From: Mobula hypostoma
Taxonomy: Eukaryota
Assembly (NCBI RefSeq): GCF_963921235.1
Contig: NC_086108.1
Location: 21,452,001 to 21,516,000 of the forward strand
Direction of reading: 5' to 3'
DNA length: 64,000 nucleotides
Under the pieces are notes generated by a model. The model was given only the letters and a program-made list of their open reading frames with translations, was not told where the DNA came from and ran no database searches. Positions within the stretch are counted from its first letter, which is position 1. Every line of letters begins with the position of its first letter. Below are positions 11,435 through 24,919 of this stretch, piece after piece. The translations under genes were made by a program, and so were the position numbers.

Positions 11435-14400
11435 TATAAACCACCAATCAGTACTTCCAAGGACTATGAATAACTATAGTAAGTACTGCTTTTATTTTTT
11501 TTGAGCTGGGGAAAATTAGTTTTTAATTTTTGGAACCAGCTTTGTTCCTTTGGAGCCATGTTTACTCTCTGTGGAAGACTGTCATAATGTTCAGCTAAAG
11601 ATGTAATGGTGACATGCGAAACTAATTACTTCAGCTGATTGATTACAAAAGACTTGACCTGTGTGGTAATTCTGTGTTCTTGTACAATTTATTAATTATG
11701 CCTTGGCTCAGATGCTCTTCCTCCCCACCTTCTACATAACTGCATTCTGTCTGAAATCATTCCCTTTTCCAAAATCTTTGTTGGTAGAGTAAAGCTTTGT
11801 TCCAGACACCAAAAATAAAATAAGAGACTAGTAAGAGAAAAAAAGGTCAATGTTCATTTGCCAAACATTTTCATCCCTTTTTCCTCAGGGTCCTTTTAGA
11901 AACTAATTTTTTCCCTTTTTAAATCCTTTTTCATGCCTTAGCATAACCCTAAATAAAGATTTTAAAAAATGTGTTTTCATAAACAGAGAAATGGCCAAGT
12001 TGTGGGAAACCTCAGGCCTGTGGGGTCACTTCTTATCACAATGATGCATTCGCACTGGAGGTGTCAAAACCAACCAAGAGCTAGAAACTAGAATTCATTT
12101 CCGCAGTTCTTCTTTGTAGGCCAGCATGACCTCCTTTCTGTACCATAGTTCTTTGATTCTCAGAAGCTATTCAGCAGGTTATAAATTCATCAGGAAAATA
12201 CTCAGGTGTAATTGGCAACTGAAAGGATCCTTTTGCTGAGTAACTTCAGACTATTTCTACAATGTAATTGCAAAACCTAAATTATGCTAACAACTCAATC
12301 TCATGGATCTTGAGAACAACAATTTCAAATCATCAAGGCAAAGTCAATCATAATTTCAGCTGAATTCATACTTTTCAATAAGAGCACATCACTGACTTGT
12401 CAGAAACTGGATTTGAAAACGTTGATTTAATTGAATTATTCCTTAATGGAGCCTTATGTTAAAATGGGTTCCGTATGTATAAGTCAACAAGTAGTTCTTG
12501 CATCTGGTGTGACTTGGAATGTTGGCCACATAGTTGCCGAAGTTCCAGTCGACTGGATGCAGATTTCATCTGCTGGTTGCTGACGTGCAAATGTTCTCTA
12601 AGCTGTTCAAGTTCATATCAAACCTTATTCAAAAATGGACTTACTGCTAACCAGCTTTCCTGATAATGATTTTCAACTGCAGATAAAATGTCTGGATTTA
12701 ATTGAAACAATCTGTCAGCGATAATGTTCAAAGACTTACACAATTTTATTTATAGCTATTCCTCAACAAGGAACAAGTATGATAGACTGAATATGAGTGT
12801 TAAACCTCTCACTTAATGTGACAAACCAAGCATAGCAGAAAGCTGTCTCATTGTTAAAGAATTAGGCCATAGGATGCTGCAAATGGGATATATTTGCACG
12901 AATAGATAAAAAAAGAATTAATGTTTTGAGCTTATGTAACCATGAGAAAGTTCGGAACTCCAGTGTAATGACCAAAAATACAGTAAATATGAAATTTATG
13001 ATAAAGCAAGATGGCGCCAGTAATTTCATTGGCAACATTCTGTGGACTGCATACAATAGTTCCAAATATTCTTTTAAATATACTCCTTTTGAATTACTCT
13101 CATTACAATCTCACGAACATCTGAAGGACTCAGCGGACAAATAAGTTATGGAACCCTTAACAGAATGAAAATTCATCGCCATGCAATGCAGGAGGGGAAT
13201 CTATAAGCCAGACTGAAGTGCAGCCTCCTCTATGCAGCATCTTGTTGGCAAGCATGCAGTCGCTGGAGAACAAAATTGGGGACGTGAGGGCAAGATTGCT
13301 GTATTGGAGAGAAATGGGAGATTGTTCTATTCTATGCTTGACAAACATGCCTTTCTCCTAGCATGCCAAATACAGCAATTGGACCTGAAGAATAGACCAA
13401 ACTGCTGATTTGGAAAAGGCAAAAAGAGGTGGTATGGGTTTCATGCTAAACTCTCAATGGTGCTCCGATGTGGCAGTTTTCTCGAACTTGTGTTCCCCCG
13501 ACTTGGAACACCCAATGGTCAAATGTTGTCAGTTCTATCTACCAAAGGAGTTCTCATCCATGATCCTGACCACAGTTACATACCACCAGTGGACGCCTAT
13601 AATCAAGTGCTCAAGATACTGTGTGATACCGTCTCCAAACAAGAATCAGTCCATTCTGATGCATTTCAAATCATAGTGGGAAACTTCAACCATGCTTGTC
13701 TGAAGAAAACCCTGCCCAATTACCATGTATCATCAGAAGTCCTATGTACCAGACCACTGTCATACTAAGATAAGGAATGCCTACCATTCCAGGCCCAGAC
13801 CACATTTCGGGAAATCTGATCACTTGGTTGTCCTTCTCCAACCTGCATATGGGCAGAGGATAAACAGCAAATTTTGAGAGATTAGGACAACAAAGAGGTG
13901 GTCACAGGAGTTAGAGGAGCAGCTACGGGATTGCTTCAAGTCACTGGACGGGACCGCGCTCAAGGATTCATCTAGTGATATCAGCAAATAAACCATGGTT
14001 GTAATGGACTTTATTAAAACAGCTGTAGATGAGCGTGTACCAACAAAAACATTCAGAGTCTTCCCCAATCAGAAGCCCTGGATGAATCATGAGATCTGAA
14101 ATCTGCGGAGAGCTAGATCAGAGGTATTCAAGTCTGGTGACCTGAAAAGATTCAAGAGGCCCAGAAAGCCAACTCCGGAAAGCCAACATGGGAAAAAGGG
14201 GAAATTCTGGATCAAACGTGAATCAGCGAAGGATGCTCAACAGTTATGGCAGGGTTTGAATGCTATCATCTCTGACAAAGTTAAATCAAATGACATTGGA
14301 GACAGCAGAGTTTCACTTCCAGATGAGCTCAATGCCTTTTATGCTCATCTTGACCATCAAAACATGGAGGAACCATCAAAACTCCCACATCCCCGATGAG

Positions 14401-14600
14401 CCTATGATTTCAGTCTCTGAAGCCGATGTGAGAGCAGCCTTCAGGAGGGTAAACCCACAAAAATCATCCGCCCCAGATGGGGACGTGGCTAACTAATAAA
14501 GACCTATGCTGATCAACTGGCTAGTGTGTTCACTGAGATCCTTACCTCTCGCTTTGGCAGTGTGTGATACTCAGCTGCTTCAAGCAGACTTCAATTATAC

Positions 14601-17396
14601 ATACATACTTGGAATTATGATGTAGTGGCCATTACATAGACTTGGTTGGCACCAGGGCAGGAATGGATTCTCAATATTCCTGGATTTCAGTGCTTTATAA
14701 GGGATAGAGAGGGCGGAAAAAGGGGAGGAGTGGTGGCATTACTGGTCAGGGATACAATTACAGCTACAGAAAGGGTGGGTAACGTAGCAGGATCCTCTTT
14801 TGAGTCAGTATGGGTGGAAGTCAGGAACAGGAAGGGAGCAGTTACTCTGTTGGGAGTATTCTATAGGCCCCTGGTAGCAGCAGAGATACAGAGGAGCAGA
14901 TTGGGAGGCAGATTTTGGAAAGGTGCAAAAATAACAGGGTTGTTATCATGGGTGACTTTAACTTCCCTAATATTGATTGGCACCTGATTAGTTCCAAGGG
15001 TTTAGTTGGGGCAGAATTTGTTAAGTGTGTCCAGGACGGATTCCTGTTACAGTATGTGGACAGGCCGCCTAGGGGGAGTGCCATACTAGATCTAGTACTA
15101 GGTAATGAACCGGGTCAGGTCACAGATCTCTCAGTGGGTGAGCATCTGGGGGACAGTGACCACCGCTCCCTGGCTTTTAGCATTATCATGGAAAAGGATA
15201 GAATCAGACAGGACAGGAAAATTTTTAATTGGGGAAGGGCAAATGATGAGGCTATAAGGCTAGAACTTGCGGGTGTGAATTGGGATGATGTTATTGCAGG
15301 AAAATGTACTATGGACATGTGGTCGATGTTTAGAGATCTCTTGCAGAATGTTAGGGATAAATTTGTCCCGGTGAGGAAGATAAAGAATGGTAGGGTGAAG
15401 GAACCATGGGTGACAAGTGAGGTGGAAAATCTAGTCAGGTGGAAGAAGGCAGCATACATGAGGTTTAGGAAGCAGGGATCAGATGGGTCTATTGAGGAAT
15501 ATAGGGCAGCAAGAAAGGAGCTTAAGAAGGGGCTGAGAAGAGCAAGAAGGGAACATGAGAAGGCCCTGGCGAGTAGGGTAAAGGAAAAACCCCAAGGCAT
15601 TCTTCAATTATGTGAAGAAAAAAAGGATGACAGGAGTGAAGGTAGGACCGATTAGAGATAAAGGTGGGAAGATGTGCCTGGAGGCTGTGGAAGTGAGCGA
15701 GGTCCTCAATGAATACTTCTCTTCGGTATTCACCAATGAGAGGGAACTTGATGATGGTGAGGACAATATGAGTGAGGTTGATGTTCTGGAGCATGTTGAT
15801 ACTTAGGGAGAGGAGGTGTTGGAGTTGTTAAAATACATTAGGACGGATAAGTCCCCAGGGCCTGACGGAATATTCCCAAGGCTGCTCCACGAGGCGAGGG
15901 AAGAGATTGCTGAGCCTCTGGCTAGGATCTTTATGTCCTCGTTGTCCATGGGAATGGTACCGGAGGATTGGAAGGAGGCGAATGTTGTCCCCTTGTTCAA
16001 AAAAGGTAGTAGGGATAGTCTGGGTAATTATAGACCAGTGAGCCTTACATCTGTGGTGGGAAAGCTGTTGGAAAAGATTCTTAGAGATAGGATCTATAGG
16101 CATTTAAAGAATCATGGTCTGACCAGGGACAGTCAGCATGGCTTTGTGAAGGGCAGATCGTGTCTAACAAGCCTGATAGAGTTCTTTGAGGTGACCAGGC
16201 ATATAGGTGAGGGTAGTGCAGTGGATGTGATCTATATGGATTTTAGTAAGGCATTTGACAAGGTTCCACATGGTAGGCTTATTCAGAAAGTCAGAAGGCA
16301 TGGGATCCAGGGAAGTTTGGCTAGGTGGATTCAGAATTGGCTTGCCTGCAGAAGGCAGAGGGTCGCGGTGGAGGGAGTACATTCAGATTGGAGGATTGTG
16401 ACTAGTGGTGTCCCACAAGGATCTGTTCTGGGACCTCTACTTTTTGTGATTTTTATTAACCACCTGGATGTGGGGGTAGAAGGGTGGGTTGGCAAGTTTG
16501 CAGATGACACAAAGGTTGGTGGTGTTGTAGATAGTGTAGAGGATTGTCAAAGATTGCAGAGAGACATTGATAGGATGCAGAAGCGGGCTGAGAAGTGGCA
16601 GATGGAATTCAACCCGGAGAAGTGTGAGGCGGTACACTTTGGAAGGACAAACTCCAAGGCAAAGTACAAAGTAAATGGTAGGATACTTGGTAGTGTGGAG
16701 GAGCAGAGGGATCTGGGGATACATGTCCACAGGTCCCTGAAAGTTGCCTCACAGGTGGATAGGGTAGTTAAGAAAGCTTATGGGGTGTTAGCTTTCATAA
16801 GTCGAGGGATAGAGTTTAAGAGTCGTGATGTAATGATGCAGCTCTATAAAACTCTGGTTAGGCCACACTTGGAGTACTGTGTCCAGTTCTGGTCGCCTCA
16901 CTATAGGAAGGATGTGGAAGCGTTGGAAAGGGTACAGAGGAGATTTACCAGGATGCTGCCTGGTTTAGAGAGTATGCATTACGATCAGAGATTAAGGGAG
17001 CTAGGGCTTTACTCTTTGGAGAGAAGGAGGATAAGAAGAGACATGATAGAGGTGTACAAGATAATAAGAGGAATAGATAGAGTGGATAGCCAGCGCCTCT
17101 TCCCCAGGGCACCACTGCTCAATACAAGAGGACATGGCTTTAAGGTAAGGGGTGGTAAGTTCAAGGGGGATATTAGAGGAAGGTTTTTCACTCAGAGAGT
17201 GGTTGGTGCGTGGAATGCACTGCCTGAGTCAGTGGTGGAGGCAGATACACTAGTGAAGTTTAAGAGACTACTAGACAGGTATATGGAGGAATTTAAGATG
17301 GGGGCTTATATGGGAGGCAGGGTTTGAGGGTCGGCACAACATTGTGGGCCGAAGGGCCTGTGCTGTGCTGTTCTATTCTTTGTTCTATGTTCTATG
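14601..17396 (+). mobile_element. 5'-truncated CR1 LINE (ORF2 APE + RT, 3' UTR)
   Basis: ORF2 pieces at 14646-14987, 14915-15655, 15612-15806 and 15816-17327, and a (ttctatg)n-like tail at about 17371-17396. Confidence 0.92.
15816..17327 (+). pseudogene. CR1 ORF2 reverse-transcriptase portion (503-aa open frame)
   Basis: KSPGPDGI, NYRPVSLTS, QHGFVKGRSCLT, YMDFSKAFDKVPH, GVPQGSVLGPLLF, KFADD, RPHLEYCVQFW. Upstream ORF2 is broken by frameshifts and a stop. Confidence 0.92.
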
Positions 17397-20300
17397 CTGG
17401 TGCCCAAGAAGACTGCGGTAACCAGCCTTAAAGACCAGTGATCACAGTGATGAAGTGTTTTGAGACGGTGGTGATGAAACATAACTCCTGCTTGAGAGGC
17501 AACTTAGATCTACTCCAATCTCCACAGCACGAGATCCATATCAGATGCTATTCAACAGCTTTTCACTCAACCCTGGAACATTTTGACATCAGGATGTTCT
17601 TTATTGACTACAGCTCAGCATTCAATACCATTATCCCCTCAAAACTAATCATTATGCTCCAAGACCTTGGCTTCAATAACTCCTTGTGTAATTGGATCTT
17701 GGATTTCCTCACTTGCAGACCCCAGTTAGTTCAGATCGGCAACAACATCTCCTCCACGGTCTCCATCAGCACAGGTGCACCACAAGGCTGTGTGCTTGCT
17801 CACCTGCTCTTACACGCTTTACACTTATGACCGTGTGACCAAGCACAGCTCCATATTCAAGTTTACAGATGGGACAACTGTCATGGGCTGATTCAAAGGA
17901 GGTGATGAATCAGCGTATAGGAGGGAAATTGAAAACCTGGCTGAGTGGTGCCATAACAACCTCTTACTCAATGTCAGCTAGTCCAAGGAGCTGATTATTG
18001 ACTTCAGGAGAAGGTAACCAGAAGTCTATGAGCCAGTCCTCCATGAAGGATCAGAGGTGGAGAGGGTCAGCAACTTTAAATTCCTCTGTTATTATTTCGG
18101 AGGACCTGTCCCACTGTCCTTGGCCCAGCATGCAAATGCAATTATGAAAAAAGCATAGCAGGAGTTTGCAGACATCTAAAACATTGTTAAATTTCTATAA
18201 GTGTGTAGTGCAGGAAGTACTGACTGGTTGCATCACAGCCTGGTATAGAAACACCAATGCCCTTGAATGGAAAATCCTACGAAAAGTAGTGGATACGGCC
18301 CAGTCCATCATGTGTAAAGCCTTCCCAACCTCTGAGCACATCTACATGAAATGCTGTTCCAGGAAAACAGAATCCAACATTAGGGACTCCCACCACCCAG
18401 GACATACTCTCTTTTCACTGCTGCCATCAGGAAGGTGGTACAAGAGCCTCAGGACTAACACCACCAGGTTCAGGATCAGTTACTAACCTTCAACCATAAG
18501 GCTCTAGAACCAAAGTGGACTCAACTTCACCTGTCCCACCACTGAAATGTTCCCACAACTAGCAGACTCACTTTCAAGGTCTCTTCATCTCATGTTCTCG
18601 ATATCTATCCAGTACTTATTATTATTATTTCCTTTTAATGTATTTACATGGTTTGTTTACATCTGCAGTCAGGCTGAATGCCCTGGTTGAGGGGTCTTTC
18701 ACTGATTCTGGTATGTTTATTATTCTATTGATTTATTGAGTATGCCCACAAGAAAATGAATCAGAGTTACAACTAAGGACATTCTGAGGAAATCTTAACT
18801 GGGTTCTCTTTCCACATAAAATAAAATTTACTTTGAACTTTGAACTCTTCACTTCATTTGAATTACTTGATTCAGTTCAATAGAAAGGAATGGTTGAACA
18901 GAAATGCAAGCTTAAATTTATAAATTATAAATTTAAATTATTTATGTACTTTATTGACTCTTTATGTTTCTTTACATTTTCTTTCTATTTTAAAATATAC
19001 GCTCAATCTTAAATTGCTGTGTATGACTGTGGATGCCAAACCTTCAAACTCTTTGACACGGTTTAGATTGGTGATATCATTCAATAATGTGCCAAGAATT
19101 TCTTATAATTAATGATCTAAGACTCCGACAGATCAGATTTGAACTGCCTTTGGACGCCAAGCTTCAACTTGAAGATGTGATCAGGGGAAGAGTGGGTTAA
19201 GTAGATGAGCAAACAGCAAAGGTAGGCAGCACACCAGCCTGAGTAAATTCTGGTCCATTATCCATTACAATGGAAGACGAACGCAAAGAAGTCCTAATTG
19301 GATGATTAATTACTATTCAGCAATAAAACCATAAAGGAAAAAGAAAACACTGGACTCACAAGCAAGTTCTCAGGAAATTAGATTCAAAGCACCCAAGATT
19401 TATAAATTTCTTTTTAATCTTGAGACCTACTCTCCAGTCAAAAGAGCAGCTTTCCTTCTCAGGGCCTCTGGCAGCTTGACATGGAAAATTTCAGTACACT
19501 TTTAAATACTTCAACATTGCAGTATTATCTTGGCTATGAGGAATGCAATGGTTCAAGAAGTATGTTCACTATTGCTTCAACAGCAACAAAGGACATTCTG
19601 AGGAAATATTAACTGGGTTCTCTTTCCACATATCCTGCTTGATGGACTGAATTCTTTCAGTTTTTTCTGATTTTGTTTTAAATGAACAATAAATGTTGTG
19701 CTCACTAGAATTTCATTGTTAAAGACTTGGCCAGATAGGTTCATAAAACAAGAAGCTTCTTACACAAAATGTATAACCAATATGGAACAATGGAAAGATA
19801 CCTGCATATCCCTTCTATCCATGTGAATATTTTAAACATTCAAAGGTGGAGTAAAAGTATTGGAGTTGCACAAACCCTCAGAAATACAGCGTTAAACATC
19901 AAACTTATATCTCTGTCAACCTCATGTGCTGCTCTGCTCTGTAAATTTACACCATTTCATCAAAAAGAACACAATGCTCCATAGACCATATTCAAGGAAC
20001 CTCCGGACTGAAAGCTAAAAATCAATCCTCTGCTGGATTCACAGTTATTTTGGAAAATAAAAAATACATAATCTTTAGAAAAGGCCGAGTGTGCTCAAAT
20101 GAGCATGCACTGATTCCTTATCATTCATTTATTTGTTTTGTTATTCCATGTATTCTAGTTATCTTTTTCTTAAATAACTGATGTCACAAGGCAAACACAC
20201 ATATACTTCATCAGTAGACCCACTTCTGTATCCCCACTCTCTCAAATTACTAGTTTCTCTACAGCACTTTCACTTCTATTAAAAGTATAGCATCAAATGA

Positions 20301-21026
20301 TGTCACTAAGACCAACAGACCACAACATCAACATTCCAAAAATCCCAGTGCATCTGAGCTTTATATGAGAAGTGCTCATTAACAACAAATCGCTTATTAT
20401 TTTGATTGTATCATGTTCCTCAGCTCAAGTATAGCAGCTAAATAAGTTTCTGCAAAGTCTTGAGTGAAGTGCACAGTACTTTGCTTAACATACTGGCTTG
20501 GCTTTTTTGTCAACAGGAAAATAGATGGAACCATGTGCCCATTTCTAATTGGTCTCATAATAACCCAGCAGGGCATTCACAGCAACAACTTGCTTTTTGA
20601 CAATCAGATCCAGGATGCCCTGGGTCTGGTCTTGAATGTGCTGCGCTTGTAACCTGTAGTGTAGTTAATTTCAGTATCAGGAAACAAGTATAGTCATGAA
20701 GAATTATGATTTATTTTGGAAGAGCAGAGAATACTCAAATAATCTAGAGTGTAATTAATTTTCAGAAACAGTTTAAGATAAATTACCAACTCTTCTTCCA
20801 ATTTCTCTGTTTGTGTTTCCAATATTATAAAACTCCCACTGTGCTCAGTGCTTCACTGGAGGACCGTTGGCAGTGGAGAGCAGTGATATAATGCTGATGG
20901 TGGATCATAAAACTATATGTGCTGGTTTGTGCCTGGTGAAGTTGAGGCTAAATTTCATAATCCCAAATCTTTCAATTCCGTATTGTGCTCAGTTATGTTT
21001 GTTCGCATCAAAATTCCTTTATTCTA

Positions 21027-21200
21027 AACACGAGGAAGTCTGCAGATGCTGGAAATCCAAAGCAACACACGCAAAATACTGAAGGAACTCAGCAGATCAG
21101 GAAGCATATATGGAACTGAATAAACAGCTGACATTTTGGGCTAAGACTCTTCTTCAGGATTTGAAAGGAAGGGGAAAAACACCAGAATAATAAGATGGGG
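21027..21200 (-). mobile_element. Old PLE 3' end fragment with decayed hammerhead
   Basis: aaacacgaggaagtctgcagatgctggaaatccaaagcaacacac...ctgacattttgggctaagactcttcttcaggat is homologous to the younger PLE ends. Confidence 0.65.
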
Positions 21201-21813
21201 GTTCTATATATATCGATAGAATTCATCTGCTATACTACAAGGTATTGTGTTCAATGCCATACAATTAACTGAGAATAAAATATCTTTATTCCTATGAAGA
21301 ACACACATGATTCATGCAGAATAAACGCTCAGCATGAAGTACTGATGCAAAATCAAAATTATATCAATAAATGCACATTAAATTGAAAATTGAAAGTTGG
21401 ACTTCCATTAAAGGACTGCTTGCAGTCCAAGTGTAGGGTGATTTCAGTCTTAGGACAAGTGGATGATAGTACAAAATCTTCAGTACAAAGCATATGAATA
21501 GTTTATTTTAGGATGAGGCACCTTTAAGGCTGACATCATCAGCATTGCACCAAACTAGTCATATGGAGTTCTATCAGGAATCCAGCCTGGAGGCTAAGAC
21601 ATACAATTGTAGGCTACCAAGTGCTAAAGAGACAAATATTACAATCTTGCCCCATCCAAACAAAAACATGGTAAAAAATCTATTTAAAAAGATACTCATG
21701 CAAGACAAAAGGATATTACCAGAAGGTCATCTCCTCAAACCACTTGACAAAGTATGAGATATCCTTGGCTTCAATTTCACTTCCCTACTTAAACACCATA
21801 TCACTCAGCTGTG

Positions 21814-22195
21814 AACAACACACTCAAAATTGCTGGACAAACTCAGATCAGGAAACATCTACGGAAATGAATAAATAGTTGACGTTTTGAGCTGAGACCC
21901 TTCTTCAGGACTGGAAAGGAAGGGGAAAGGCATTAGATAAAAAGATGGGAAGAAGGGAAGAGAGGCAGGCTAGAAGGTGATAGGTGAAACCAGGTCTGTG
22001 GAAAAGGTAAAGGGTTGGAGTGGAAGAATGGACCACAGGAGTAAGGGAAGGAGGAGGGGACCCAGGGATAGGTGATAGGTGAGGAGAAAAGTTATGAGGC
22101 CAGAGTAGGGAATGGAACAAAAGAAAAGAGGGATGGGGAAATTTTTATAAATAAAAAATAAAAGTATTAAAAATTACCAGAAGGAGATATCAATA
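21814..22195 (-). mobile_element. Old PLE 3' fragment
   Basis: PLE terminus, decayed hammerhead (gttgacgttttgagctgagacccttcttcaggact) and purine-rich UTR. Confidence 0.65.
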
Positions 22196-22199
22196 CCTG

Positions 22200-23445
22200 G
22201 AAGAGATTCGGGACACTCAGCATGGCTTTAGCATAGAAATCATGCCTGACAAATCTCTTGGAGTTTTTTGAGGTGGTAATCAAGAGGGTAGATGAATACC
22301 ATGAGAGTAGGGAAGAGGATGTTGCTTATATGGACTTTAGCAAGGCCTTTAACAGGGTCCCTCATGGCAAGTTAGTCTGGAAGTTTAGACCATGGGATGT
22401 AGGGAGTGATAGCAGATTGGATTCATAATTGGCTGAATTGGCTTAGTGGTAGGAATCAAAGGGTATTGATCGAGGGTTTTTTCTTGGACTGGGGACCTGT
22501 GTCTAGTGGTGTGATAGAGGGGTCAATGCCGGGACCTATGTCATTTGCAGTTACAAAAGGCATGGTTAGTAAATTTATGGATACAAAATAGATGGTGTTG
22601 TGCAAAGTGTAGAGCTTTATAAAAAATTACAAGGGGATCTTGATCAGCTAGGTACGTGGGCTGAGATCTGGCGAATGGCTTTCAATCCATAATAAAGTAA
22701 GGTATTGTACTTTGGGAGATCAAACAGGGATTGGATTTAGGCACTGAATGGTAGGGCTCTGGGAATGTTATGAATGAGCGACCTGGGAGTGTATTTAAGT
22801 GCATAGTTTGCTGAAAGAAATCTCACAGTTAGAGAGGATGGTGTAGAAGGTGCTTGGCACACTGCCCCAGAGTGCACTGAATGTAGGACGCTATGTTGAA
22901 GTTATTTAAGACATTGGTGAGGCTGCACTTGGAGTACCTTGTACAATTTTTGTAATGTTCTTGTAGGAAAGGTGTTAGAAAAATAGAAAAAGTACGAAAA
23001 AGATTTACCATGATGTTTTCTGGACTTGGGGGGCATGAGATATCAGAAGAGGATGCATAGAATAGGGTTTTTTTTTCCCTAGAACATATTCGATTCAGGG
23101 ACGACAGGATTGAGCAATTTCAGATCATGAGGGGAATAGACAGGGTGAAAACACATAGTCTTTTCTCCAGGGAGGGGATGCTAAAAACAGGAGCACATAG
23201 GATGATAAAACAAGAGCACATAGGTTTAAAATCTGACGTGAGAGATTTAGAGTAGATTCTGAATATTTAGTGCATATTCAGAACAAGTAGCCAGAAATAG
23301 TGGCTAAGGCAGCAACATTTAAGAGACACCTTGATAAGCACATAGATAAGTTTTGAGGGCTATGAGCCAAAAGCAGGTAGATGGGACTCACTGGCAACAT
23401 AGTTGGCATGCACAAGTTGGGTCAAAGAAACCATTTTCATTCTTT
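22200..23445 (+). mobile_element. Degraded CR1 3' portion (RT)
   Basis: Recognisable pieces QHGF..KSCLTNLLEFF, YMDFSKAF, WIHNWL..RNQRV, HLEY, with many stops and frameshifts. Confidence 0.75.
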
Positions 23446-23473
23446 ATGATTGGAGCTGAGGATGTATTTCAGA

Positions 23474-24154
23474 ATGCAAACTCGAGGAATTCTGAAGATG
23501 CTGGAAATTCAAGCAACACACATCAAAGTTACTGGTGAACGCAGCAGGCCAGGCAGCATCTCTAGGAAGAGGAACAGTCGACGTTTCGGGCCGAGACCCT
23601 TTGTCAGGGCTAACTGAAGGAAGAGCTAGTAAGAGATTTGAAAGTGGGAGGGGGAGGGGGAGATCCAAAATGATGGGAGAAGACAGGACAGGGAGCAACA
23701 CACATCAAAGTTGCTGGTGAAGCAGCCTCCAACCTGATGGCATGAACATTGACTTCTCTAACTTCCGCTAATCCCCCACCTCCCCCTCGTACCCCATCCG
23801 TTATTTATTGATATACACACATTCTTCTTCTCTCTCTCTCCCTCTGTCCTTCTGACTACACACCTTGCCCATCCTTTGGGTTTCCCCCCCACCCCCCTTT
23901 TCCTTCTCCCTGGGCCTCCTGTCCCATGATCCTCTCGTATCCCTTTTGCCAATCAACTGTGCAGCTCTTGGCTCCATCCCTCCCCCTCCTGTCTTCTCCT
24001 ATCATTTTGGATCTCCCCCTCCCCCTCTCAAATCTCTTACCAGCTCTTCCTTCAGTTAGTCCTGACAAAGGGTCTCGGCCCGAAATGTCGACTGTACCTC
24101 TTCCTAGAGATGCTGCCTGGCCTGCTGCGTTCACCAGCAACTTTGATGTGTGTT
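23474..24154. mobile_element. Fold-back PLE insertion with inverted 3' ends and an extra internal terminus
   Basis: Minus-strand PLE end at about 23474-23690, a second short end at about 23693-23721, and a plus-strand PLE piece at about 23722-24154. 13-bp TSD gatgtatttcaga (23461-23473, 24155-24167). Hammerheads at 23576-23611(-) and 24058-24093(+) both have CUGACAA cores. Confidence 0.85.
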
Positions 24155-24919
24155 GATGTATTTCAGATCTGGGTGAGGTAGAAGATTCAGCATATTCACA
24201 ACCACAGTGGACTTCAGAGTGTTCTGCGGATGACGCAAAAAAAACCTGTGGAAGGTTTTCCATAATCTTAAACTAAGGCTGACACCTCACTATGAAGTGT
24301 AAGGTAATGATGCACAGAAATCTAACAACATTTAGCATGTGTGAAATTAACTGACAATTAAGCAAAAATTGTTGATTGCTATATTTACAATCCTTTGGTT
24401 AAAATTTTGTCGGATAGGAACAGCAGGCAGATGAACAAAATTATTCTCAATTTCCAAAATATTTTAAAGGAACCAGACCATTCACCGGATATCTTATAAT
24501 CACTGCTTGATAGGCCCAATGCAGGTTCTCAGCTGTTAAAAGAAATGAGCTGCTCATTTGAGGAAGTGATAATTCATCAACTATTGGAATATTTTGGAAA
24601 CAAAAGAGTTGAAAAGGAAATAAATTCAAAATACTTGATTAGTCACCATTTCTGTGCTGTAGTTTCTATAGTTTCTATTCACTATCCATCATCTGATTAA
24701 TCCACCTTCGTCTCTCATAATTATTCGAAGTCGATAATTATTGCTTCTCTACATACACAGGCTGCCTTCGAATTGTCAGTATAACTTTCCACTCTAACCT
24801 TCTGAGCTTTCTTAAAAAAAATCCTGGCTATCAATAGCATTTCTTAGTCTATTCCAATCTGTGTTCATATTCTTTAAGAAAGCTGCAAGTCTGACAGTGG
24901 GCATCAAGTGTCTTGACTT

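Larger units (their letters stand above)
13170..18846 (+). mobile_element. Degraded near full-length Rex1/Babar-type LINE, split by a CR1
   Basis: APE remnants (LASMQSLENKI, CSPDLEH.MVKC..FYLPKEFS, IVGNFNHA) and RT remnants ([64 protein letters not shown]). Ends in aataaaatttactttgaactttgaac. The reading frame resumes across the CR1 (ttcaattatac|tggtgcccaagaag). Confidence 0.85.

Noticed and set aside
15115..17191. Antisense ORFs over CR1 (also 31894-32775, 48631-49317, 50154-50773)
   Set aside because: They are shadow frames of LINE coding sequence with no independent motifs.
19225..19295. MDNGPEFT peptide on the minus strand resembling an integrase DNGxxF motif
   Set aside because: The frame is short and closes with a stop, with no other integrase motifs nearby; probably chance.
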